DNA of 45,097 nucleotides from a virus (Duplodnaviria > Caudoviricetes): the IMG/VR virus record IMGVR_UViG_3300031454_000257, positions 1 to 45,097 of that record; one strand, 5' to 3'. Below are positions 34,776-43,945 of the stretch, piece after piece (position 1 is the first letter of the stretch; the number at the start of each line of letters is the position of its first letter). The notes under the pieces were generated by a model. That model made no database searches, was not told the origin of the DNA, and saw only the letters and a program-made list of their open reading frames with translations. The translations under genes were made by a program, and so were the position numbers.

Positions 34776-35585
34776 TTAAATGGCTTCAAATAACGGCAAT
34801 GGTTTGTCGGCAATAATTCGGCGCGGCAAATCAACCGCCTGACCTAATGCGCGTCGTATTCTGGCTTTGCCGTAATCAGCCCAAAATTCCGAGAGTTCGA
34901 TTCCAATAAAATCACGACCGAATTCTACGCAAGCCGCCCCCGTCGTCGAACTGCCGCAAAACGGGTCAAGAACAGTTTTCGCGGTCGTTGTTTCTAGGAT
35001 TTTGCGCGGAAGCTCTAACGGGAACGGCGCGGGGTGGTCGGTGCTTATATCAGGCGGAAATGTCCAAACCGAACCTATTGCCGATGCTGATTTATCACGC
35101 AGTCTAAAATCCTTTTTTGCAATTATTAAAATTATTTCGTGTGTCGGCATATAAGCGTTATTCGTCGCGTTAAACCCTGATTTGCGATTCCAGATAATCT
35201 CTTGCCGAAGCGGTAAATCACCGATTAAACTTATCGGATGTCGCAAAATGCCGTTAACGACTCGCGGCTTATGGTTGTAATAAATCGCGCCACTCGACCG
35301 GATAAGACGGAAACATTCTTTCAATACTTTTCCCTGCCATTCGACATATTCGGGGTAAGGCAAATCGTCTCTGCAAACGTCATAACCGATTGACCAGCCA
35401 ACGCCTGATGTTTGCTTTGACCATTTTGAGCCTTGATGCGCGATGCGAAGCCCGCCTTTTGATTCCATACCTTCGCCGAGATTGTAAGGGGGAGAGGTAA
35501 TTACTAAATCAATGCTCGACGACGGCATTTTCGCCATAGTTTCGAGCGCATCACCGCAAATAATTTTCCAATCAATTTTATTCAT
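34776..35585 (-). CDS. Orphan DNA methyltransferase (N4/N6, beta class)
   Basis: TSPPYN catalytic motif, HPAPFP, LDPFCGSSTT. Confidence 0.92.
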   Translation of the reverse strand: MNKIDWKIICGDALETMAKMPSSSIDLVITSPPYNLGEGMESKGGLRIAHQGSKWSKQTSGVGWSIGYDVCRDDLPYPEYVEWQGKVLKECFRLIRSSGAIYYNHKPRVVNGILRHPISLIGDLPLRQEIIWNRKSGFNATNNAYMPTHEIILIIAKKDFRLRDKSASAIGSVWTFPPDISTDHPAPFPLELPRKILETTTAKTVLDPFCGSSTTGAACVEFGRDFIGIELSEFWADYGKARIRRALGQAVDLPRRIIADKPLPLFEAI

Positions 35586-36101
35586 TTATGCCGCCCGCAA
35601 ACCTGATTTCTTTTCTTTGCCCGTCTCGAAAACGTCCGCGCGGATTTCCCGTTTCAACTCGGTTTCCTTTGCTTTTCTCAATTCAACCGCCTGCGCTATC
35701 ACGTCGCTCAACTCGTCAATCTGCGTTTCGACGGGCTTGTCGTTTATCGCCGCGTCGATAAATTGCGTCCATTCGCCGAGTAGCTTCGACGTTGCTGCTT
35801 TCGGGCATCGCTTTTTATCATCGGGCAAATGGCGCGATGCCAGCTCGTTAAACAGGCGCAGCATTTTGCAGCCGTTGTCGGGGTTAAAATCGATTTCGGC
35901 GGCGATTTCCTTTAATGCTTTGTAAAAGTTCGACTCGCGCTCGTCGTCGGGGTTGAACATCTGCGAGACGAGCGACGACCCTTTGCCGATGCGTTTCGCT
36001 ATCTCTGTTTCGTCGCCGTAATCGAGGCATTTGTTCAGGCGCGATTCGGTTTCGTGCTGCGTGAAAAGAAATTTCATCATCGTTGTTTGTAAATTCTGCA
36101 A
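35586..36101 (-). CDS. CII-like regulatory protein
   Basis: HTH-like EIAKRIGKGSSLVSQMFNPD with a helical C-terminus; early-operon position. Confidence 0.55.
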   Translation of the reverse strand: MQNLQTTMMKFLFTQHETESRLNKCLDYGDETEIAKRIGKGSSLVSQMFNPDDERESNFYKALKEIAAEIDFNPDNGCKMLRLFNELASRHLPDDKKRCPKAATSKLLGEWTQFIDAAINDKPVETQIDELSDVIAQAVELRKAKETELKREIRADVFETGKEKKSGLRAA

Positions 36102-36140
36102 AAAGTTAGCACTAGATTTCCTGATTTCAATTCGATTAAA

Positions 36141-36449
36141 TTAAAACATCGTCGGTGCGCGTTCTGATAAACTCGTTATCCGACAAGGGCGGCTGCCAAA
36201 GCCGCTTGTCCTGTTGAAATGCCCGGCGTCTGTGCTGTGGCGGCGCGCGCCGGGCATCAACTGTTTATTTTGATATTTGACAACTTCCAGCGCCGCCAAT
36301 TTCCCTTTCCGCCGAGAGCCGCGCCGAACGCACAGAACGCCCGCTTTTATCCGCGCTGCCTCGCGCTCGTGCCGTTCGCGGGTTTCGCGCCCGTATCTGT
36401 TTGTCAGGTCGCGCCGTTTATGCCATTTTTTGAGTTTTTCTTCGTTCAT
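36141..36449 (-). CDS. Basic hypothetical protein
   Basis: ATGA overlap with the upstream gene. Confidence 0.5.
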   Translation of the reverse strand: MNEEKLKKWHKRRDLTNRYGRETRERHEREAARIKAGVLCVRRGSRRKGKLAALEVVKYQNKQLMPGARRHSTDAGHFNRTSGFGSRPCRITSLSERAPTMF

Positions 36450-36643
36450 ACCTTAAGCGCGACGTTTAACTCGGCTGGCGTCTTTGCTTCCAAAGCGCGC
36501 AGACGAATTTCAACGGCTTCGATTTGCGCGTGCGTATTTGCAAGCGCGCCCGACGCGATAATCACGTCGTTCGTCTGCCGTTCTCGCTGCCGTTCAAGCT
36601 GAAACTTGAGGCGCATCAAATCAAATCTGTTTTGCGTGTCCAT
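36446..36643 (-). CDS. Coiled-coil hypothetical protein
   Basis: Likely start MDTQNRF. Confidence 0.5.
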   Translation of the reverse strand: MDTQNRFDLMRLKFQLERQRERQTNDVIIASGALANTHAQIEAVEIRLRALEAKTPAELNVALKV

Positions 36644-36645
36644 AT

Positions 36646-36804
36646 TTATTTTGAGAGCGCAAAAGCGAGCGCGATGATTAAACCGCCGCCGACGATTGCA
36701 ATCAGTTCGAGAAAAACGCGCGGAAAATAAAACTTGTCGTCGCACGCGCTCGCCGTGATGTTTTCGAGAAACTGACGTTCGATTTCGATATTTGTTTTGT
36801 TCAT
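36646..36804 (-). CDS. Small membrane protein (52 aa, not in the ORF track)
   Basis: GGGGAG RBS; C-terminal TM VFLELIAIVGGGLIIALAFAL. Confidence 0.55.
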   Translation of the reverse strand: MNKTNIEIERQFLENITASACDDKFYFPRVFLELIAIVGGGLIIALAFALSK

Positions 36805-36962
36805 TTGCTCCCCCAAATCGCCGCGCCAATCTCAGCGTTATCAAACAGAAACGGCGCGGCAATCAAAAAGGCGATTCCGAAAGCGCACACCATCAACAGA
36901 AAGCCGTCGAACGCGACTAGAATTATTGAAGCGAGAACGTTTAGTTTTAATTTTGTGTTCAT
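36801..36962 (-). CDS. Small membrane protein
   Basis: Long hydrophobic stretch; start uncertain. Confidence 0.5.
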   Translation of the reverse strand: MNTKLKLNVLASIILVAFDGFLLMVCAFGIAFLIAAPFLFDNAEIGAAIWGSK

Positions 36963-37056
36963 ATTTTTATTCGCTCGTTGAATTTCTGACTGCCTGTTAA
37001 TCGTTTTCGATACATAATGAATCTTGCACGGTCGGTATAATTCAAAGTTCGGCATC

Positions 37057-37314
37057 CTACTTTTCGGGATGCCAATTTGCCCGCCAACCGTCAACCGTCG
37101 CAAAACCGATGACATTGGCGAGTGCGCTGAGTGCGCCGATAGTGACTTTGCTGTCGGCTTCTTTCCAATACCAAAATTCAGCCATTAAACAATCAATAAT
37201 CTGCTCGGCTGTTACGGTTGCTCGCTCCGCGTTTTCACCACTTAATTTCTCGATGCGCGGAACGGTTCGCGCGCCGCAGGTTGGGCAATGTTCGTGTTTT
37301 GCGTTCGATATCAC
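37057..37314 (-). CDS. Hypothetical protein (CPTC)
   Basis: GGAGG RBS; GTGA overlap with the upstream gene. Confidence 0.6.
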   Translation of the reverse strand: MISNAKHEHCPTCGARTVPRIEKLSGENAERATVTAEQIIDCLMAEFWYWKEADSKVTIGALSALANVIGFATVDGWRANWHPEK

Positions 37315-37508
37315 TTTGCCTCCCTTACAACTTCAAAATCTCGTTCAAGCATTCTTTGAACTTCCGTGTCCCAGACGTAAAGCCGGTTGTTTCGTTTTAG
37401 CAGGGTCAAACTTTGCGTGCCGTCTTTGCGCTGGATGATTGACTTTGTGCTTGTGCCGAGCATTTGGGCGGCGACGGCTATTTTTATCGGGCGGCGAAGT
37501 AATTTCAT
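37311..37508 (-). CDS. Excisionase-like HTH protein
   Basis: IKIAVAAQMLGTSTKSI...RLYVWDTEV pattern. Confidence 0.55.
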   Translation of the reverse strand: MKLLRRPIKIAVAAQMLGTSTKSIIQRKDGTQSLTLLKRNNRLYVWDTEVQRMLERDFEVVREAK

Positions 37509-37512
37509 TGTT

Positions 37513-38088
37513 TTATGCCGCCTCGTAATATCGTTCGGTTTCCATTCGAGCCGCGACTGCGACGGCGCGCGAGTGAAGCTCGCCCATTCTTGAAGTCGTC
37601 GGGAAATTTAAGACTGCAAATTCGCCGTGTAGTTCTATTGCTTTTCTGTCATAGGCAATAGCGGCTTCCTCCCGTGTTTTAAAAGAACCGAGATTGTAAT
37701 ATCTGTTTTCCGACCTAATACCTGCGTAAAATGGAGCGGTTTTGGAAGTTCTACACAGTTTCACGCCACGAAATCCTGTTTTTGTGTTTGTGTGTATGCG
37801 GTTGTATTGGTTTTGACTTGGCGTTGCCAATCGAAGGTTGGCTCTTCGATTATCTAATCCATTGTGATTTATATGGTCAACTTGTAGGTTTTTAGGGGCA
37901 TCCATAATAAATCTATGAAGGTAAACGGTGCGACCTTTAATGCGCCCTATCACATAAATGCTCGTAGTAACTGGATTTTTTTTGTTTATTAAAACGTGCC
38001 ATTTGTAAGCCAAAACTTTTTCCGAATCTTCAGCATCAATTAAGGCGACATAACCTCGTGATAATGGAACTTCAATGATTTTTGACAT
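37513..38088 (-). CDS. HNH endonuclease with AP2 domain
   Basis: YLHRFIM...VDHINHNGLDNRRANLR; FRGV...LGSFKTREEAAIAYDRKAIELHGEFA. Confidence 0.93.
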   Translation of the reverse strand: MSKIIEVPLSRGYVALIDAEDSEKVLAYKWHVLINKKNPVTTSIYVIGRIKGRTVYLHRFIMDAPKNLQVDHINHNGLDNRRANLRLATPSQNQYNRIHTNTKTGFRGVKLCRTSKTAPFYAGIRSENRYYNLGSFKTREEAAIAYDRKAIELHGEFAVLNFPTTSRMGELHSRAVAVAARMETERYYEAA

Positions 38089-38603
38089 TACGCCGCCCTC
38101 CGGTAATTTTTGTGTGCTTGATAACCCGCAATAACGTCGGGGAAAATTTCACGTCCGACTTTTTCAGCATCTACTTCGGCGACTTTTATTACGTGGCGGC
38201 AAGGCATAACTTTCGCGCCAGCCGGACAGTTGCATTTGGCGGTCGTTACCCGCTCGCCCGTTTCAAACGAATCTTCGACGCGGACGCGGTAAAGATGCGG
38301 CATACCTGAATCTCGGGTTACGGCTGAATAAACGCGGACGTTGCCGAATGATTCTTCAAATCCGACTTCGACCGCCGCGACGTGATTGCTCGCTAAGATT
38401 TCTTCGACTTTAGCTGTTGCGGCTTCAAAGGCGCGCGCTTTGAATGCGTCGGCGCATCGTTTGTGCTGACCACTGAACCAATAATCGTTTGCGCGGATGT
38501 CTTTGCGCTCCGCTTTGTCCGAAATGGCGTTCGCGTCGCCGCACACTAAGCAATAGCTGATTAAAAGATTGTCGGCGCTGTATGTTTCGATATGGTTTGT
38601 CAT
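38088..38603 (-). CDS. SWIM zinc-finger protein
   Basis: KCNCPAGAKVMPCRHV (CxC-xn-CxH). Confidence 0.75.
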   Translation of the reverse strand: MTNHIETYSADNLLISYCLVCGDANAISDKAERKDIRANDYWFSGQHKRCADAFKARAFEAATAKVEEILASNHVAAVEVGFEESFGNVRVYSAVTRDSGMPHLYRVRVEDSFETGERVTTAKCNCPAGAKVMPCRHVIKVAEVDAEKVGREIFPDVIAGYQAHKNYRRAA

Positions 38604-38769
38604 TTCTCTTTAACCTCTTTTTTATTTCGGTTTCATTCAACCGTTAAAACCGATGTGCAGAATTTTTTTGTAATTCCAACTGATTTCTAAACCACGCGAA
38701 TTAGTCCATAAATCGAGCCAACAAATAGACAGTTTCCAAATTGTTAAGAAGCCTCTCTTTTTCATTGGT

Positions 38770-38952
38770 TTATTTGGCTAATGCCGTTTCGTTTTTCGCG
38801 TCGATAACGAGCGCGTGCGATTCGAGCAGAACGTGAATCACGTTTGAAACCGTTCGCGTTTCTTTGTCGGCAATACGCTTGAGAATCTCTTCAAGCTCAA
38901 CCGGCACTTTTGCGCTGATTAACACTTTTCGTTCTGAATTTATGTTTTCCAT
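38770..38952 (-). CDS. Cro-equivalent ribbon-helix-helix regulator
   Basis: LISAKVPVELEEILKRIADKETRTVSNVI; first gene divergent from the repressor. Confidence 0.75.
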   Translation of the reverse strand: MENINSERKVLISAKVPVELEEILKRIADKETRTVSNVIHVLLESHALVIDAKNETALAK

Positions 38953-38959
38953 ATATTTA

Positions 38960-39090
38960 CCCTTTAGTGTGTTTTTTGTCCACTAGAGAGGATATTACAG
39001 GAATGTTTTATGCTTGTCAACACTAAAATACAACAATTAACCACCACAGAGGATAAACACTATAATAGACTGTTTTCAAATAATAGTGTT
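38960..39090. promoter_or_regulatory. Lysis/lysogeny control region
   Basis: Minus-strand TTGACA-17-TAATAT (39020-38992); plus-strand TATAAT at 39061; five CACTA/TAGTG half-sites. Confidence 0.7.
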
Positions 39091-39465
39091 ATGACAGAAA
39101 AAATAGGCGATTTTGTTAAACGAATTCGCAATGAAAAAGATTTGACCGTTGCCGATGTGAGCAAAGCCAGTAACAGAAAAGGCGAATCTATCAGCACGTC
39201 CTACATAAATAAAATTGAAAACGAACCGAATGTAAATATGTCTTATCCAAAAATACAAGCATTAGCAAGAGGATTGGGCGTAACGGAAACAGAAATTATT
39301 TCCCGTATTTCTGGAATTAGACAAGACAGTAAAGGTGTTGATAAAGAAAAATTTGAAAATCTAGCGTTAAAATTCTCCGGCATTCCTTCCACCAAAAAAG
39401 AACGCGCGCAGGCTTTACTTGAAATGCTCGACCGGGAATTTGACAGGCTGGCGAATGAAAAATAA
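39091..39465 (+). CDS. XRE-family CI/ImmR-like repressor without an S24 domain
   Basis: VKRIRNEKDLTVADVS...ISTSYINKIEN...ALARGLGV. Confidence 0.88.
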   Translation: MTEKIGDFVKRIRNEKDLTVADVSKASNRKGESISTSYINKIENEPNVNMSYPKIQALARGLGVTETEIISRISGIRQDSKGVDKEKFENLALKFSGIPSTKKERAQALLEMLDREFDRLANEK

Positions 39466-39909
39466 ATGGAATTGCTCAAACCCACTGTTAAAAGAGCTTT
39501 GCCAAGTTGGAACAAACAAATTCACGGGGAAAACGAAGCGATTGTTTTTTGCGAAGAAAAAACGATTTTTACCAAAGAAACCGATTTGATTGACGATTTG
39601 GGCGAGTATCGAATTCATCAGGATAAACCTTGTATATTGATTCATTCATTTATCGAGAGGAATTATCGCGCTTGGGTTTATTTCCACGAAATCGGACATT
39701 ATATTCTTCATCCGACTGAATGCGCTCAATTTTCGGACGTGGTAATAAAGCGCAAAATTGAAAAAGAAGCAAATTTTTTCGCAGCGGTCGCATTGATTCC
39801 GACATTTGTTTTGAGAAAAATGAAATTGGAAGAGATTCAGGAAGAGTTTGGTTATCCCCGCCGTCTGATTTTGCTGAGAAAATATATTTACGATAATCAC
39901 AAAATTTAG
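39466..39909 (+). CDS. ImmA/IrrE-family Zn metalloprotease
   Basis: HEIGH and EKEANFFAAVALIP; abuts the repressor. Confidence 0.9.
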   Translation: MELLKPTVKRALPSWNKQIHGENEAIVFCEEKTIFTKETDLIDDLGEYRIHQDKPCILIHSFIERNYRAWVYFHEIGHYILHPTECAQFSDVVIKRKIEKEANFFAAVALIPTFVLRKMKLEEIQEEFGYPRRLILLRKYIYDNHKI

Positions 39910-39912
39910 AAA

Positions 39913-41010
39913 ATGACACTTATAGAAAATCTCCAAAATCTTGCCGCAAAGACCGCCAAAATGTGCGAGCTTCTGCAAACCGAAGAAGCGACTAAAAACG
40001 CGCTTGTGATGCCGTTTATAAATGCTTTGGGTTACGACATTTTTGACCCAACCGAAGTTATACCGGAATTTGTGGCAGATGTCGGAATTAAAAAAGGCGA
40101 AAAAGTTGATTACGCGATAAAGAAAGAAGACAAAATAATAATGCTTTTCGAGTGCAAGCATTGCGGCGGCGATTTGAGCATCAGCCACGCTTCGCAGCTT
40201 TATCGTTATTTTGCCGTAACCGAAGCCCGCATTGCAGTTTTAACGAACGGCATCGTCTATCGTTTTTATACTGATTTGGAAGCGCCGAACAAGATGGACG
40301 AAAAGCCGTTTCTCGAAATCAATATGCTCGAATTGAACGAGCAGCTTGTCGGCGAGCTTAAAAAACTCACCAAACCAGCTTTTAATTTAGAAGAATTGAT
40401 GACGGCGGCTGGCGAACTAAAATACACTCATCAAATCAAACGGCTTTTATCCGAGCAAATGGAAAATCCGACTGATGAATTCGTCAAGTTTTTTGCGTCC
40501 AAAGTTTTTAAGGGTGTGTTATCACCTGCGAGAAAAGAATACTTTTCCGACATTACAAAACGCAGTTTCAAGCAATTTGTAAATGAGCAAATAAATGACC
40601 GTCTGAAATCGGCAATGTCCGGCGAGCCAATATCAGAAACGGCTTTTTCGTCTGCCGCGCCTGAACAAATCGTCGATGCTCTGCCGTCAGAAGCGCAAAA
40701 ACGTGAAGATTTAGTTAATACAACCTCTGAAGAACTCGAAGGATTTTATATTATTAAATCTTTGCTTCGTGATTTAGTTAATCCGGAACGAATCATTCAC
40801 CGCGATACGGTAAGTTATATGGGCATTTTGCTTGACGATAATAATCGCAAACCGCTCGCGCGACTGCATTTTAACCGAACGCAAAAGTATGTCGGAATTT
40901 TTGACGAACAGCGGAAAGAAGAACGTGTGGCAATTCAAAACTTAAACGATATTTACCAGCACGCCGAAAAACTTCGCCGTGTTTTCGCGTTTTACGAAAA
41001 CGAAAAATAG
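39913..41010 (+). CDS. HsdR N-terminal-like (PD-(D/E)XK) nuclease domain protein
   Basis: TEEATKNALVMPFI..LGYD, KGEKVDYAI, FECK, QLYRYF, LTNG, LLDDNNRKP. Confidence 0.85.
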   Translation: MTLIENLQNLAAKTAKMCELLQTEEATKNALVMPFINALGYDIFDPTEVIPEFVADVGIKKGEKVDYAIKKEDKIIMLFECKHCGGDLSISHASQLYRYFAVTEARIAVLTNGIVYRFYTDLEAPNKMDEKPFLEINMLELNEQLVGELKKLTKPAFNLEELMTAAGELKYTHQIKRLLSEQMENPTDEFVKFFASKVFKGVLSPARKEYFSDITKRSFKQFVNEQINDRLKSAMSGEPISETAFSSAAPEQIVDALPSEAQKREDLVNTTSEELEGFYIIKSLLRDLVNPERIIHRDTVSYMGILLDDNNRKPLARLHFNRTQKYVGIFDEQRKEERVAIQNLNDIYQHAEKLRRVFAFYENEK

Positions 41011-41036
41011 TTTATGAAAACCTTATTTTTAATTTT
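41005..41036 (+). repeat. MKTL leader direct repeat, left copy
   Basis: AAATAGTTTATGAAAACCTTA(T/A)TTTTAATTTT, 31/32 identical to 43360-43391. Confidence 0.85.
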
Positions 41037-41418
41037 AGTTTTGAGTTTTTTCGCTTTTGGTCAAAAGAAGATTGTTAAAAAATCAGTAGTTCCGCGCGAT
41101 ACGATTCTTTATGAAGTATTAAAAAATTTAGCCGCCAAAAATGTTTGCGGAATGCCTCAGCCGGACGGTAAAGAAATTTATTCCGGCTCTATTGTAAAAC
41201 GCTCGTTTAATGATTCGGCGGTTGCTTTGAATGGCTTCGTGTTGGCAGACGCGAAAGACCGCAGAACTTTTATTAACTTTGATGACGATTATATTAGCGG
41301 ACGTGCGGCGTCGGCATCACGGGCTTTGTCTGATTATCTTATTAAAGGTGTTCGCGTAAAAGTGTTTGCTTATAGATGTGGACATATTTATTACGCATAT
41401 AAAATTCAGCCGATTTAA
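41014..41418 (+). CDS. Exported protein 1
   Basis: Signal peptide MKTLFLILVLSFFAFGQ. Confidence 0.75.
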   Translation: MKTLFLILVLSFFAFGQKKIVKKSVVPRDTILYEVLKNLAAKNVCGMPQPDGKEIYSGSIVKRSFNDSAVALNGFVLADAKDRRTFINFDDDYISGRAASASRALSDYLIKGVRVKVFAYRCGHIYYAYKIQPI

Positions 41419-41434
41419 CTTTGGAGTTTAGAAG

Positions 41435-41971
41435 ATGATTCAATGCCCTCAATGCGGCGCACAGAACCAAACCGGCGCGCGATTTTGTTCCGGGTGCGGC
41501 GTGCAGTTTGTTTTTCAGCCTTCGCCGACAAAAAAGAAAACCAATCATACGGGCGCAATTATTGCCGTTGCTTTACTCGGGATGTGCGCGATGTGCGGCA
41601 TCATCGGAAAAATAGGCGATAAAGCGAATACAAATTCAGTTTCATCCAACGCCGTCGCTTTGCAATCAACGCCCGCGCCGACTAATTACGTAACCCCGCC
41701 GCCCGTCGTCAAAGTTACGCCGATTATAAGAGGCGCGATGCCTGCGCCCGCGCCTCTTTCATCGAGCGAGAACGCTTCGCCGCCTTCGACAAGGAAAAAG
41801 CGTAAAAAACAGGACGCGGTGAACGCAAACGATAATTCTTTAGGCACAAACGCACCCGCTTCAGTCTCATCCGGCTTCGAGAGCGGTTATCACGTCGGAC
41901 CGCGCGGCGGTTGTTATACTTATTCGGCAAGCGGTAAAAAACGGTATGTTGACCACAGTTATTGCAGATAG
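41435..41971 (+). CDS. Zinc-ribbon/TM protein with C-terminal GPRGGCY domain
   Basis: CPQCG...FCSGCG; one TM; YHVGPRGGCYTYSASGKKRYVDHSYC. Confidence 0.75.
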   Translation: MIQCPQCGAQNQTGARFCSGCGVQFVFQPSPTKKKTNHTGAIIAVALLGMCAMCGIIGKIGDKANTNSVSSNAVALQSTPAPTNYVTPPPVVKVTPIIRGAMPAPAPLSSSENASPPSTRKKRKKQDAVNANDNSLGTNAPASVSSGFESGYHVGPRGGCYTYSASGKKRYVDHSYCR

Positions 41972-41976
41972 ACATT

Positions 41977-42399
41977 ATGAAAACCTTAATTTTAATTTTA
42001 ATTCTCAGTTTTTGCGCTTTCGGGCAGACGGATTTGCCGATTATGGGCAAACCGAGTGATTTGGCGGGCAAGAAAAAAGTGTATCTTCTCGCCGATACTA
42101 CCGATTCGCGCGAGCTAATCAAAAAGGTTATAGACAAAAACAAATCGCTTGAAATAGTTTCGGATGCTGTTGACGCTGATTTTATTCTTGAATTCAAACA
42201 AATCAGTAAAACAACGCCCGCAAAAATCGGTATGGGAACTTTTACTGAAATCGCGGAAATGTCGGCGTATTTTTACAACTCCGATAAACGCAAAATTGTT
42301 GCCTGGTCCGAAACAAAAGACAAATATAAAAAAGGTTGGGGCGGCACAAAAAAAAATGAAGCGTATCTAACTACGCAATTTCTAAAAGCAATAAAATAA
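41977..42399 (+). CDS. Exported protein 2
   Basis: Signal peptide MKTLILILILSFCAFGQ. Confidence 0.75.
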   Translation: MKTLILILILSFCAFGQTDLPIMGKPSDLAGKKKVYLLADTTDSRELIKKVIDKNKSLEIVSDAVDADFILEFKQISKTTPAKIGMGTFTEIAEMSAYFYNSDKRKIVAWSETKDKYKKGWGGTKKNEAYLTTQFLKAIK

Positions 42400-42455
42400 G
42401 CTACGAATTGCTGGTGTGCCGGAACAAGGCGAATCGGATGTGGAGTTTATAGAAT

Positions 42456-43352
42456 ATGAAAACATTACTTTTAATTTTAGTTTTGAGCATTTCAACTTTT
42501 GCGCAATTTGCAAAAGGCGATGTGGTCGTGCCGAAGTTTTCTCAAAATGTCGCAAAGTTCGACAAGATAAAAATATGGCAGGCAAAAGCGCAATACTCCG
42601 TTGCCGTAACCAAAGGCGCGGGCAATGATTACGTTATAAACGGCGACAGCGATTGGATAATGAAAGGCTTTCCTTTTATGGAAGTTTTCGAATTAAAAGA
42701 ATTTGAAGCTTCAAAAAACAAACCTGCCAGAATTTTACTTAAAAATCCAACCGTGCAATTTGAAATAACCGTGTCCGCCGGTGTGAACGTTCAAGACGCG
42801 CTTTCGGCGATACTTTACAAAGGAACGCCTGACTCTTTTGCCGTAACGCCATATTTTATAGATGTTGAACAAAAGTTGCTGCCGATTACTTTTCAAGGCA
42901 AACTCGCTTCAATTCCGGTTGAAAAGCAAAAGCAATTACTGAAAGCCGTCAATTATTCGAGCAATGCTTTTATAACGACTGATTTTAAGGACAAAACATA
43001 TCTTGAAACAAAGTTTTCCGATGGTGTGGTGTATAACACGCTTCAATTAAACGCCGTAGAACGAGCCGCAAGGCAAACCGAAAGCGCTATCAAACAACTC
43101 AAACTTTTGTTTGAAAAGACCGGCGCGGTAGAAAATATCGAAGGCATTAAACTTATTACCAGCATTTATTCTAAAAACTTTGTCCGTGAGAAATACGGCA
43201 ACGGTCAAGAAGAAAGTTTTGAGATGTATGTATCTTTCGACCTTTTGAAAAAGTTTCTCGATGCGGAGATTACAAATCAGGATTTGGTTGACGGTTCAAT
43301 TATTCTGGTTGACGGAAGCCGCGTGAAAATTGATTTAACTAATTTTAAGTAA
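42456..43352 (+). CDS. Exported protein 3
   Basis: Signal peptide MKTLLLILVLSISTFAQ. Confidence 0.75.
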   Translation: MKTLLLILVLSISTFAQFAKGDVVVPKFSQNVAKFDKIKIWQAKAQYSVAVTKGAGNDYVINGDSDWIMKGFPFMEVFELKEFEASKNKPARILLKNPTVQFEITVSAGVNVQDALSAILYKGTPDSFAVTPYFIDVEQKLLPITFQGKLASIPVEKQKQLLKAVNYSSNAFITTDFKDKTYLETKFSDGVVYNTLQLNAVERAARQTESAIKQLKLLFEKTGAVENIEGIKLITSIYSKNFVREKYGNGQEESFEMYVSFDLLKKFLDAEITNQDLVDGSIILVDGSRVKIDLTNFK

Positions 43353-43359
43353 CTGCAAT

Positions 43360-43401
43360 AAATAGTTTATGAAAACCTTAATTTTAATTTTGAATAAATA
43401 A
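43360..43401 (+). repeat. MKTL leader direct repeat, right copy, with no cargo (MKTLILILNK*)
   Basis: ATG at 43369, stop after 10 codons. Confidence 0.8.
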
Positions 43402-43455
43402 TGGCGAATTTGTTGAAAGTGAAGATGAATAAATAAAAAACGGAAGGATAAAAAT

Positions 43456-43626
43456 ATGGCAAACGAACAAACTTCAAAGAAAGTAGCTAAAAAGGCGTCG
43501 AAGATTTTGAAAGACCCGAACGCGAGCGATGACTGTCAATCGGTAGCGGGCTCGGCGTTGAATAACGCGCCGGACAAAAAGAAGCCGAAGGCGAGCAAGA
43601 CGAGCAAAGCAAAGAAAGCTAAATAG
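43456..43626 (+). CDS. Small basic protein (56 aa, not in the ORF track)
   Basis: MANEQTSKKVAKKASKILKDP...SVAGSAL; GGAAGGA RBS. Confidence 0.7.
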   Translation: MANEQTSKKVAKKASKILKDPNASDDCQSVAGSALNNAPDKKKPKASKTSKAKKAK

Positions 43627-43899
43627 CTATCTTTTAAGGGACAAGTCTTTTATTTTTATAACGGCAGCCTTCGGAATCGTCATATCGCCGCAGCCTTGAG
43701 ATTTTCCCCCTTCAAAATTTACGTGCGATAAGTGCGGAACGACGACGAGACATTTTTTCGATTCAAAGAGCAGCCAGCCGACCGATTTGCAAATTACGGG
43801 TTCGACTTCCAAATCGTCTTGAACGGTCGCCCAATGAGACGAGCAGCCGCACGAATCGAGCCATTCGATATACACAAGGCGCTCTTTTCCTTTTGCCAT
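43627..43899 (-). CDS. Conserved phage hypothetical protein
   Basis: LVYIEWLDS...W...CKSVGWL...IPKAAV pattern. Confidence 0.65.
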   Translation of the reverse strand: MAKGKERLVYIEWLDSCGCSSHWATVQDDLEVEPVICKSVGWLLFESKKCLVVVPHLSHVNFEGGKSQGCGDMTIPKAAVIKIKDLSLKR

Positions 43900-43945
43900 A
43901 ATGGAAAAATCATAACAAAAAGCGAGCAAATAGTGAACGATAAAA

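Noticed and set aside
34776-35585. Restriction-modification system
   Set aside because: No adjacent cognate endonuclease; orphan MTases are routine in phage early regions
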